The notes beneath the pieces were generated by a model. The model was not told the origin of the DNA, did no database searches, and saw nothing but the letters and a program-made list of their open reading frames with translations. A stretch of 56,532 bases of DNA. Source: Nemertoderma westbladi (taxonomy: Eukaryota > Animalia > Xenacoelomorpha). Of the stretch, positions 46,301-56,532 are shown in pieces; within the stretch, counting starts at the first letter, position 1; each line of letters begins with the position of its first letter. A program made the translations under genes and the position numbers. Where the stretch lies: assembly GCA_032718475.1 (NCBI GenBank), contig JAUCBJ010008552.1, positions 1 to 56,532 of the forward strand, in the 5' to 3' direction.

Positions 46301-48137
46301 ACCAGTGAGAGAAGATTCCGCCATCCCATGCAGAAGCACATTGTGATGCTGGGCGTATTGGTCATGATCATCATTAGAGAGTTTTAGTTCGTCTATTTCT
46401 GAGCGTAGATTAATGTTTTCTAACTTTAGTGCATTATATGATTCTGTTATTGCAGAGAGAGATCTTTTCAATGAATCAAGTTCGGCAGGTAATCTGGACA
46501 GTTTATCTAGCTTATTATTATTATTCAAGGACTTCTTTTCGCGGCATTGCTCATTTTACAAAGCCCACCTCAGTGTCCTCAGCTTCGCCAGGAGATGGAT
46601 TAATGGATTTTGATTTGTCATCTTTGTAGCGAATTTAAATTTCCAGATTTAAATAGCAATGATTAAAATAACAGCATTCTCAGTCTGGGAGCTGCCAATC
46701 AGTCATTAAATAGGTATTGTTGGTTGCCAGTGGGTTGTCATAATCTATTTTAGTAGTAGCAAGAGCTGTAGGTAAGGATTGTACAATTTTTCGGATCCAT
46801 GTAGCAGTCATACTGCAATTCACCTGTTATAGTACCAGAGCCCTTACTCATAGCGGCACATATACTTGACCTCTCAACAAGTAGGCGCCCTAACAGTAAT
46901 GTAATTTGATATCTCGAGAACCGATCATCGATGTACGTGATTATACAGTTTGGTGAATTAGTATCCAACAATATATCATAATCCATATTTCGGGTGCCAG
47001 GTACCGGTGAAATCAGACTTTATCAAAAAAATTTCAAGCCAATATCAATGTGCACAAACATACAGACTAACAAACAGACGTTTTTTTTACAGTAATAAGC
47101 CCTAATAAAAATAATGGGTTGAATTATAGTCTTCTAATAAAATGAATAATGAATGGTGATTCATTCACAAAAAGCTTCAGTACAAAAGTGAGTGAAAATA
47201 TATTTATTTTGTTTGATAATACAAAAAAATATAAACAATACGCTCGTTAGTATAAACACAATATGTTTTCGTACATAATCTTCCACCCTATTTGTGTATA
47301 AATATAGGTGTTGCAAGTTATGTTAGTGGTGTGTATAAGCGTAGTCACATCACTACTGCAGTTGGGAAATTCTGAATCTATCCTAAAAGTATCACAAGCG
47401 ATCTGAATCTAAAATATTCGACATTGTGATAAACTATCATTCGTTTAGGATGTATGGCAACAGAGATAAGAGGGGGTTGGGGATTTTTAAGTTACTTGTT
47501 TGTATATGTATGATACCAATAGCCATTTTTCTTTTTCACATGGTGGTGGAACTTTTCACTTCATTCTAATTCTTATGCAGCGATAATGGTATATTTTGTA
47601 ATGGCAAATTATGCAGCCTACCTTCACAGATACTATGATGTAACCCAGTATTACATTGGAGCCGCATTTATGATTTATCCTGTGACTTCTTCATCTGTCG
47701 GTTTTTTGTTTACGATTTTCATGAAAAAGGTTAAGACAATTTATTCAACTTTAATTGGTGTGATGATAGTTCTTATGGCAATACAACTAGTAGGGCCGAC
47801 TGAAGCTCTTGGCATTCCAAAATCAATAGCAACGTCACTTAGTGCAATGACCATATTGGGAATTGGAACAGGGTTATTAAGAAATGGCGGATTTGAATCA
47901 CTATCTCGACTGGCAGTAAGAGTCTGTGGTCACCCTGATAACATAGATACAAGGGCTGTACTCCAACAAGCTTTTAGAATCTCGTTATCTCTTGGAAACA
48001 TAGTTGGAGCAGTGTTTGGGGGTATTCTTAACGACTACTTTGGCTTCCAAGTTGCTTCATCACTTATCAGTTTGGTGGGACTGCCTTTCATTTTCTTTCT
48101 TTTTGGTTTGTTTGTTGGTGGTTATGTTGATGTGTAA
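43347..48137 (+). CDS. MFS transporter, SLC18B1-like; exons 43347-44073 and 47581-48137 (427 aa if spliced)
   Basis: Multi-pass hydrophobic ORFs with FFPNVVEKRG, LRIIEGIG, LGYTISPVFGS..GYEFPY, SLGNIVGAVFGG..GF; phase-1 GT (44074)...CTAAT..CAG (47580) joins them in frame. Confidence 0.8.
45095..45616 (-). mobile_element. 5'-truncated RTE LINE copy inside the transporter intron
   Basis: Matches 37340-37840; 13-bp TSD TGGTAGTATAGTA at 45082-45094 and 45644-45656 with filler DNA at the 5' junction. Confidence 0.9.
46040..46700 (-). pseudogene. LINE ORF1 relic (CR1/L2/L1-type coiled-coil + RRM)
   Basis: Coiled coil then DQYAQHHNVLLHGMAES, resembling the EQYSRRxNxxIxGIPE ORF1 motif, and IDFVHCLG. 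Confidence 0.65.
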
Positions 48138-48539
48138 TAGCATTTAATTTTTACTTAATCTTTTGTAATATATATAATATTGGTGGAATACTTTCGTTAC
48201 TGGGCTTTATATGAAATTTGTGTAATATGCCTTATTATATAAATAATTTTCATTATACATACATACTGTACTCATTATATATATATATACAGGTAAACTG
48301 ACTGACTGGTTACTAACTACGAGGATATTCCTGTTGAGTTTAACCAGAGTGACTGTTTGGCTCAGAACAAGCATTCACACACGAAGAAATAGGCCTACAG
48401 ATATTAATAAATTAAAAAACTTGCACATTGAATGGTGACCTGTTACCGACCGGTTCTCACTAAACTCAACAATTTAATTTTGGTTTAATCTCCAGTATTT
48501 ATTCCACAGCCTGGAGTGGAATTATTGTGCCATTGTAGA

Positions 48540-50000
48540 AAAGTATTATTATTAATTATTGTGCAATTGTGGCTCTTCTGGCCAGGACCTCCCCAAGTTG
48601 TTTAGGAGAAAGCCGTGCCACTGAATAGCCCAGTTGGTTGAAGTTTGAAAGGTATTCACTCATGGTGGAGTTATTGGTACAATGTGATGTCATCAGGATT
48701 AGAAATCTTGGGATTGCATAAAAGAGGTCTTCAATAAAAGTGTTTTCTTTAATTATAGCCAAGGTAGATGAAGCTGATTTCTGTAGGGATAACAGACCCT
48801 TGATGAAAGTAAATTTAGTTGAGTCAATTTCTGGAAGGTTCCTGACCATAAATATTTTTGGAATTTCTTTAAAGAAGTGTATAACCAAAGGCAGAATTTT
48901 CATTCTGAATATCTTCATTCCTCTGTCCATGGATAAGGAGCTGAGGTATGTGAAACAACCAATACACAACATAGGTCTTCTGCTTCTTTTGGTCAATATG
49001 TTTCCTAAAACACTTGTAGTAATACTCCAAGGTATTCATAGTGATTACATATTTATACTTCTTTCCCTTCATAGTAAAACTAATGCTAATCAATCAGCAT
49101 TTCTGAATTTTATAATCTTCGTTTTTATTAAGTTGACTTCCATCATGTTTGGAGCGCACCATCTGGCGAGTAAGTCAAGACCTCTTTGTATATCCACATA
49201 ATTATTCCTGTATGAACGCTGTCATCCTCAGAATATATACTGAAAAAGGGCTACTGTCTGCTGGATCAAGAACTGAGGTCGGAGATGTACATTTTAAAGC
49301 ACAATATACAATCACACTAGAGGATGCCTTGTAGATGAATCAATACTTGTAATAAGTGATCCTTTCGACAACTTTTATTTGGTTATTTAAGAGAGCTTTG
49401 TAGAAATTGTTTAATTTTCCTTGAATTCCAAAGCTTACATAGATTATTGACAACAGAATAGACCTATTGACGCAGTCAAAGGCTTTCAAAAATTTCATAA
49501 GTAGAACAAAAATTGTTCTAGAATTTATCTGGTGTTTTGACCTATTTAAAATGCAATGTCAGTCAGTATTTTAGTTGCTTGGGCTCTGGATCTACTGCGT
49601 ATAAAATCAAACTGTTTCGCTAGGAACAAGTTATCAACATTTCTGTGAATTCAATTGTTTATAATCCCTAGATAAATTGTTAGGATCCATGGCACTCCCC
49701 TTTCCTTTGTAGAGAACCTTGATAATACTAATCTTCAATGAGTATGTAATCGATCCAAGTGTTGATGATAGAATTATGACATTCTTACAATAATAATAAA
49801 AAGACTGGAGATTACTTGAGGTGTTCGTTGAATAGTAAGAATAAAGGCTGGATATTACTTGAGGTGTTATAAACGCGGTTTGGTCTACTGGCTTTATTGT
49901 TTGATGAGCTCAACACAGCCTCTGCAACTTCTTGTCTTATAGGAGCCTTGAAACACTCATTGAGTTCAAATTCCTCAGGAGTTATGTACTGTACAGGGTG
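48540..50000 (-). pseudogene. Heavily degraded non-LTR reverse transcriptase (different family)
   Basis: KASRPNRVYN (P.GPD-like), KAFDCV at ~49470-49487, FTYL segment; many stops and frameshifts. Confidence 0.55.
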
Positions 50001-50670
50001 CATTTTCTATAATACGCATAGCCTTCATGCTCCATGCATAGCTCCTATCGGTATCGGTTACTGAAGTAGCTTGATTTAGAAGCCTACTACAGGCACAGAT
50101 GTAATATTGTGGTTTTGATCAGAAATGGAAAAACTGAGAAAGCGCGCCATAATATTACATCTTTAATTACAGTTGCATTAAAAGCTCAACTCCAATTCAT
50201 TTAATACAGGCACAGCCTACTATATATACAGCCTGACTAGGTCACCGCAAATAGAGATTGCTTTTAAGGGGGGGGGGGGGGGGGGGGGGGGGTATACCCC
50301 CCATGAAGCTTTTTTTAAAATGGCTGTCAATTAGTGTTAAATGATACTATTGCTATTTTGTCATGGTCAACCATTGTATGGAACGCCAAATAGCCTTTAT
50401 AGTAAAATTTGAAAATTTATAGCCTCCCCCTAGCGGCTGGCGGCGGAATCAAAGATTTCACTAAAATTGCTACTAGTCCCTCAATTTTGGTCCAAATTTC
50501 TTGAAACCAACTTCTTTGGACTCAGCGTGATCGACTCTACAAGTTACTCTACAGTTATCTTATAGAATTTTTATTTAGCCACATCGCCAACCGCCCCCCA
50601 TGTCCTTAATCAGAACCTCATCAGTCTCATGATTTCAGATAAATCTAATTGAAAAGAAAAGTAAATGTTA

Positions 50671-50814
50671 ATAATTAATATATAATAATTATTAATTACT
50701 ATATAATAATTATTAATTACTATATAATAATTATTAATTACTATATAATAATTATTAATTACTATATAATAATTATTAATTACTATATAATAATTATTAA
50801 ATACTATATAATAA
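50671..50814. repeat. 21-bp AT-rich minisatellite (ATAATAATTATTAATTACTAT) x ~7
   Basis: Directly visible near-perfect tandem units. Confidence 0.95.
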
Positions 50815-52189
50815 ACTGTATAATAATTACAGCAATAAATTACTATTATTTCAAATCCACATTTTTGCTAACGTTTTCCTTTAAACATTAGACTTTAAAA
50901 CATTTTTTTAAACACTTTAAACAGTATTTTAAACATTCTATGGGACATTGTGTATATCTCGGCGCGGCTTTAAGTAATTTAATTATGCAAAAAGAAAGTA
51001 ACGAAATATAATTTACTTCCGTAAGAATCAGCGCTGTGATTAAAATAATTAAAATATTATTAACAATACAATAATTATACGATACGATTATGAGCAATTA
51101 AAACATTAATAAGTAAACGTACCAATCCAATCCAATGCACTAATTGTTAGAATTGGATGGAAAGCCCTTACGCTCAGCACATTTACCTCCACCGGGCTAC
51201 ACCAGACAGCTATGCAACGAGCAAAGACAGACAACCAACCTGCATCAACTCACCTGCACCCTATTGGTGGAGGTGAGTTGATATCCTCCACCACCATGGC
51301 TATCTGCATGTAGCTGAGTCGATAGTCTGGCTGCCTGGGTAGCCGAGTCGAGGTAATAGGCCATAGTAAATGTAACTCCTTGCTTTATCCCACTACTAGT
51401 TCACCTCAGGTTAAATAATTACATGTTCTGGAATGAATATTTACGACATTGGCTTCTGCTATCCGTTGCCTACCATTTAAGGGCCTTTCTATTTTGTTTC
51501 AATGGCATTCTCTAATCAGGCATGGTCTATCTGTCTATGGATGGTGCTATATGTGAGATATAAATATTTATTGAACAGCCAGAAATTAATTAATAAATTA
51601 GTGAGATAATGTGCTGTAAATTTCTCCCAACTTACGGGCCCCCGGCAGCTGCCCCTGTTGCCCCCCCCCCCCCCCCCTTAATCCGTCCCTGGATAATATA
51701 TTCGCAAATATGTGCAAATAATTTCGAACTGAGTTACCTCAAAACGATGGCTTTGGGAACTGTGAAGCTGGACTGGGCTATGGTTCTGGTTCCCAGGATT
51801 GCTCCATCTGGGACACAGCCATCACTTGCTCCCAAAGTTCCTTGTCCGTGTCGAGAACAAACCAGAAAAGTTAACCAACTGGATGAGATGGATAAGTTTC
51901 AGGAAAAATTCCACTTTACATCGGGAAAAGTTCCAGATATGGGTTCCACGATCTGTCCACAGAATGCTGTCCTGGTGGTTATCTGTTTCATAAGAGTGAG
52001 AAACGAGTTCTCATGTATGAATTGAACTTGGAAGAATATATGCCTCATTTATCTGGGGCAATATCTATTTCACCAGATTAGACAGTAAAATTGGAGAAAA
52101 AACCCGCTCCCTAAGTGGTTTAAACTGCCACTAATAAACATTGCAAACTAACAGACTCAACTTTCACTGGAAACCTTTGCTTCACATTG

Positions 52190-52750
52190 AGCAACCTTGA
52201 GCATTAATCTATTTTATGAACTGTTACATTATCAACATTTTGATAAATATGGTAGGCCCCAATATTCTTCTGGTGCAATTCGTTTTGTACTCAAGTTGCG
52301 CTATACTTCTGTGCAAGTGCAAGCCTACCTCTTACTAAAAGATCAGATCCAACTGTCGTCTTTAACAATGTTAAATAATCTACAGAGAGGTGGAGTTGAT
52401 TCTTTGAAATAGGGAAAACTGGTAGAAAACGATTCTTTTTATATAGATGTCATTCTGATCCAGAATGAAATGAAGTTGCAGAAAGAAGCATCATACAGTC
52501 ATATAGCCAGGGGACTTTGTTGGTTTGGAAGAGAGGATAGTTATACTTGGGTATAGTTTGCTTTGTGGTAGTTTCACTGAGGAGAGGGATGTCTTTTATA
52601 GTTAGAGGGGTTCCTATTGTATATCTGTTACTGAAAAAATTGTAATTTGAAATTAGTTGATATTGATTACGTTGCAGGCTTTCTGTTTTTAATAAACTCA
52701 AAAAGGAAGCGAAAAATTGTTTACACTGAAAGTTTAGTCAACCACAACAC
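52190..52750 (+). pseudogene. P-element/THAP9-like transposase relic
   Basis: GRPQYSSGAIRFVLKLRYTS..AYLLLK..IQLSSLTMLNNLQRGGVD resembles the P transposase Y..RFAL.L.Y.S..AY..L..LPS motif. Confidence 0.6.
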
Positions 52751-53688
52751 ATAGTCACCCTTATATGCTATGAATTAAAATAGCTGCTCACCATGTTTCT
52801 ATGCTTGGTCCCTGTTCTTGCATCTATATCCTCCAGTGTGCTGGCTTGCTGGGTTTAAGTCTTTTTGTAATCTTATTGTCTTTACTTTTTCTAAATATTG
52901 AAATGGCTTCTGTCAATTCGTTTCCCCCACTGCATCGTACCCATCTTGTGAAATTCCACCATAAGAGGCAGGCAAAGAATCACAAGTTTTCTTTGTTTTA
53001 GCTTTTCCATGGCTCGTCATTGTTACAATTGATTTCTATTATTAAGGGGACCATTATCGGGTATTCATGATTCTGTATATAAAACAAGATTTTTTTAATT
53101 TTCTCAATTTTGACATTTTCCACTGTCAATTTTCCATTTTTCCACTCCAATAACTTGCAAAAACCTAACAAAAATCTAAAACAGTAGGCCAAAACCTAAT
53201 TTTAAAAAAAAACCTAAGGTTTTTGCCAGCCCTGATTTTACCCCGTTTTACCCCGTATGCAGTAGGCCTACCGCTGTACCGGCAACCAGTAGGCAGGCCT
53301 ACTGCATTATCAGATTATGCAGCCACTCCCCTAGTGGAATCCTTACAAAAAGTGCGCTGGATAGTGCTCCGGACATTATGAAAATCGCGCCGCGCCACGT
53401 AATATTGGAAAGGCTGAAAGGAGCGCTGTGCCAAGCTGCCAAGCCAACACTATAAATCTGTAAATTGAGATGTGTGGTGCGCCAGAGAAAATCTACCGTC
53501 CAAATTAATATTACAATAAACTCTTCGCAGCTTCGTTAAAAGGTGAAAGGCATTTTAATTGACAATGTACTGATGTAAAAGTAAAAAAACGCCAGCGAAG
53601 CGAGCGAAATTTTTCAGTGAAATTCTGTTAAATTTGAATTCCTTTTATTGTTTATTTTTAGTGATAGATAAACTGATAAAAGGCTTAA

Positions 53689-56532
53689 CACTAATCCTAG
53701 CACAGTTTCCAATATAAGTTGTTTAGCGTATGGACTACATTTGTAGTCACATTATTTGAACATTATTTACAATGTTATTTTTTTGAATAATTTTATTTAA
53801 AAATAGAAAATAAATAGTTTGGAACCATTTTCATGCCAAACTTTAGGTTGGGGGGGGGGGGGGGGGGGGGGTTGGACAACATATACAATAACAACAACAT
53901 GATTATGTGTGAGCTCTAGGTTATTTAAGTATATCTGTATATTCAGTTCCAACATAAAATTGTATTGCATAGTTCAGTTCATATAAAAAAAGTAGGAAGA
54001 CTACAGTTGTGTTGTTGTTTGTTTAGATACCCAAACAGTCAATAAAAGTTTGTGGTTATCTTTGCATTTATCACACCGGACTCTTGTTTGCTTGCTATAT
54101 GACGTTTCTAAATTTTAAACATGCTAAACCTTTCTAAATATTGCATAGTTTATTATGAAGCACTGGTAAGCCTATAGTTGTTACTTGTCTAGACTCCCAA
54201 ACATTCAATACATGTTTTCACAACGATATGGTGATCTTTGCAGACTGGTACAAAGCATTTATCACACCGGACTCTCGTTTGCTTGCTATCTGACCTTTCT
54301 AAACATAGCTTACATCGTCTGGGACCCGCAGAAGGAACTTTACTATTTGGCAGACTTTTATATCCCAAAACAGATGCAGCCAAACGCGATGATCTTGGTA
54401 ATTGCAGTGAATATAATCTCAACTTAATGTTTGCTTCCACCAATGAAAGTGACAGTATCTTGATAAAAGCACGACGATCATTTCTGTAACCATTCTTCAC
54501 CATCAATAGAAATGCGTTCAACCCAGCTATGTCTAAAATGTTGAAGAAGACTGCCAGAGGCCACCGATTTGTTTTTCTTTTACAAGAGAAGTGAGCTATT
54601 CTCATATCCAGCAGATCAACACCATACTTGGTTTCATTATAATCCTCTATCATTATTGCCTTACCTTCCTTGTTTACTTCAAATCGATCGTGGGACGTGC
54701 TCAGTAGAATAACATTTTTGTTCTTTTTTGGGACATATGAAACAAGAGTTATCTTTTCAGCTGAATTGTGGACGAAAACCGATGTATCAGGGGAGCGATC
54801 TTTAATATTTTTTATTTCATTTGGTATTTCCTTTCTGTTACCACGGAGTGTTCCCAATAATGACAAGTCCTTCTCCTTGAGTTTCACCCCCAATGAAAAG
54901 GAAGTGAAATAGTTATCGGTTGTTATCCCTCGTCCAGTGTAATAGAAAGGGGTACTCAATTCCATCACAATTTCGGTTGCTAGCCCCTTATGAACTTTTC
55001 CATCGGTATCTTTGCCACTATATATCAACCCCTTTAATGCAAATCCTGATTTTGCCTCTACAATCCAATTTTTTTTCAAACCGAATTTCCCTGGTTTGCG
55101 TGGCATGTACGTACGCGCTGGCATTCGTCCTCTATATCCAAGCAACTGTTCATCTATCGTTAATTGCTCTTCAGGTATGATGTACTTTAGCAAAGTATCC
55201 TGAAACATGTTCCATACATCTCGTATAGCAGCAAACTTATCAGTTTTCAAACGTTCTCCTCGAGTAGCTTTATTGTCGAAACGTAGGCATTGAATGAGAC
55301 TAACAAAACGATTATAACCCATGGTGGCTCTAAACATTGGAGGACCGTGAATCGGGTTCCATAACTCAGTTAGCTGTTGGTGGGAACTTTTGTATACACC
55401 GGCTAGAAGCAGCAAACCTATACCTGCACGAAGCGCTATGCATGAGAAAGCCTTGAATCTACTGACAGACACTCCGGGATTTTTTATTGAAAACAATATC
55501 CTCCCTCGTCTATTTGTTTCTTGGAGTACAATATAAAGGATTTCTTCAGTAAAGTATAGGCCAAAACTTTCAGTTTCACTTGCAGGATTGACTAAGGCTC
55601 TTGGTCTGAAACGGATAATATCTTGTTTACTACGCTTGCATGGTGGGGGTTGCACAGTGGTGTATTCTGCACCTGACTTTGCCACATAAATTGGGTGGAC
55701 AGCAGGCAGAGTATTACCTGAACTCGTATCACTGTCGCTCAAATCACTACAGTCAAATGGAGTGGTTTCCATGTCAAAATCCGAAGCACTGCTGAGATCA
55801 CCAGCCTCATCATCATCCAAAATGACACTGATACCAACCACATTTTCAACATCATCATCAGAATTTCTAATATCTGTTCCCGTTGCCACATTACAAATAT
55901 CAACTGTATTTTCGATTCCATCATTTTGTGTGCCATTTTCTTCATCTTGTTCCGGTGTCTCATCACCAAGATCAAGCCAGTGCTGTACGTTTATAGTTTC
56001 AATAGCTTGCTCCAAAATATCACGGTCACGTTGATCAGGAAAATAGCTTTCAAACAATAGCCGATTATAGTTTGTCATTGTATTTGTATCACTTATAGCA
56101 GGCTATATGTGGCAGGTTAGTTAGTAACAGGTCGGCAACTCTACCTCAGTACTGTATCTAAATTTGATTCTGAAAGTAATAATTTAGGCCTACAGTCAGA
56201 CAGTATTATCCAGAATTAAATTCTGCATATTTGTATGAATATATTTAGTGAATACAGACAGGTGCCCCTGGGCCTCTACGGTTTATAAAGACAATGACTA
56301 ACTAAATTTGTCAAAATCCCTTATACTACACTGTGACTACAAATGTAGTCCATATGCTAAACAACATTAATTAACCATTTAACTCAGGCATTGGCCAGGA
56401 AATACAATAATATAAACGCATTATCCAATAGAAAACGCGTTTTCCTACAGATAGATGAAGCACCACCTTCAAGGCATTAGAAGTTGATGAGGGGAGAGTT
56501 GTTGAAAGTGGCTTGACTACAAATGTAGTCCA
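53689..56532 (-). mobile_element. piggyBac DNA transposon (far terminus probably just beyond the window)
   Basis: TTAA at 53685-53688; 33-bp inverted repeat 53718-53750 / 56333-56365 (1 mismatch); a further copy of its core at 56515-56532. Confidence 0.85.
54189..56078 (-). CDS. piggyBac transposase, intact ORF
   Basis: 629 aa; TIDEQL, TTDNYFTS, YNETKYGVDLLD (DDD triad), KRKTNRWPL, C-terminal Cys-rich domain RRCKLC..RCDKC..VCKDH..TCIEC. Confidence 0.95.
   Translation of the reverse strand: MTNYNRLLFESYFPDQRDRDILEQAIETINVQHWLDLGDETPEQDEENGTQNDGIENTVDICNVATGTDIRNSDDDVENVVGISVILDDDEAGDLSSASDFDMETTPFDCSDLSDSDTSSGNTLPAVHPIYVAKSGAEYTTVQPPPCKRSKQDIIRFRPRALVNPASETESFGLYFTEEILYIVLQETNRRGRILFSIKNPGVSVSRFKAFSCIALRAGIGLLLLAGVYKSSHQQLTELWNPIHGPPMFRATMGYNRFVSLIQCLRFDNKATRGERLKTDKFAAIRDVWNMFQDTLLKYIIPEEQLTIDEQLLGYRGRMPARTYMPRKPGKFGLKKNWIVEAKSGFALKGLIYSGKDTDGKVHKGLATEIVMELSTPFYYTGRGITTDNYFTSFSLGVKLKEKDLSLLGTLRGNRKEIPNEIKNIKDRSPDTSVFVHNSAEKITLVSYVPKKNKNVILLSTSHDRFEVNKEGKAIMIEDYNETKYGVDLLDMRIAHFSCKRKTNRWPLAVFFNILDIAGLNAFLLMVKNGYRNDRRAFIKILSLSLVEANIKLRLYSLQLPRSSRLAASVLGYKSLPNSKVPSAGPRRCKLCLERSDSKQTRVRCDKCFVPVCKDHHIVVKTCIECLGV

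Overview
AT-rich eukaryotic (probably invertebrate animal) DNA that is almost entirely a nested stack of transposable elements around one host gene. Contents: two related BEL/Pao LTR retrotransposons (3' part at 1-4180; complete non-autonomous copy at 11856-23589 with 1199-bp LTRs and ATTTA target duplication), both inserted in copies of one Mutator-like (MULE) family and both carrying an unexplained 3' accessory ORF region; a decayed HECT E3 ligase gene convergent with a DDE integrase fragment; one full-length RTE-clade LINE (34138-37842) plus several truncated or rearranged copies; piggyBac and Harbinger-type MITEs; an intact piggyBac transposase ORF; Penelope, Sola-like, P-like and other LINE relics; and an SLC18B1-like MFS transporter gene split by a 3.5-kb segment that has both intron signals and terminal inverted repeats. 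Best leads: the LTR accessory cassette with three CCHC knuckles, the inverted-repeat-bounded (introner-like) intron, the HECT+DDE module, a 17+17-bp P-type excision footprint, and two unusual LINE rearrangements. All family calls come from motif recognition by eye; no searches or folding were run.
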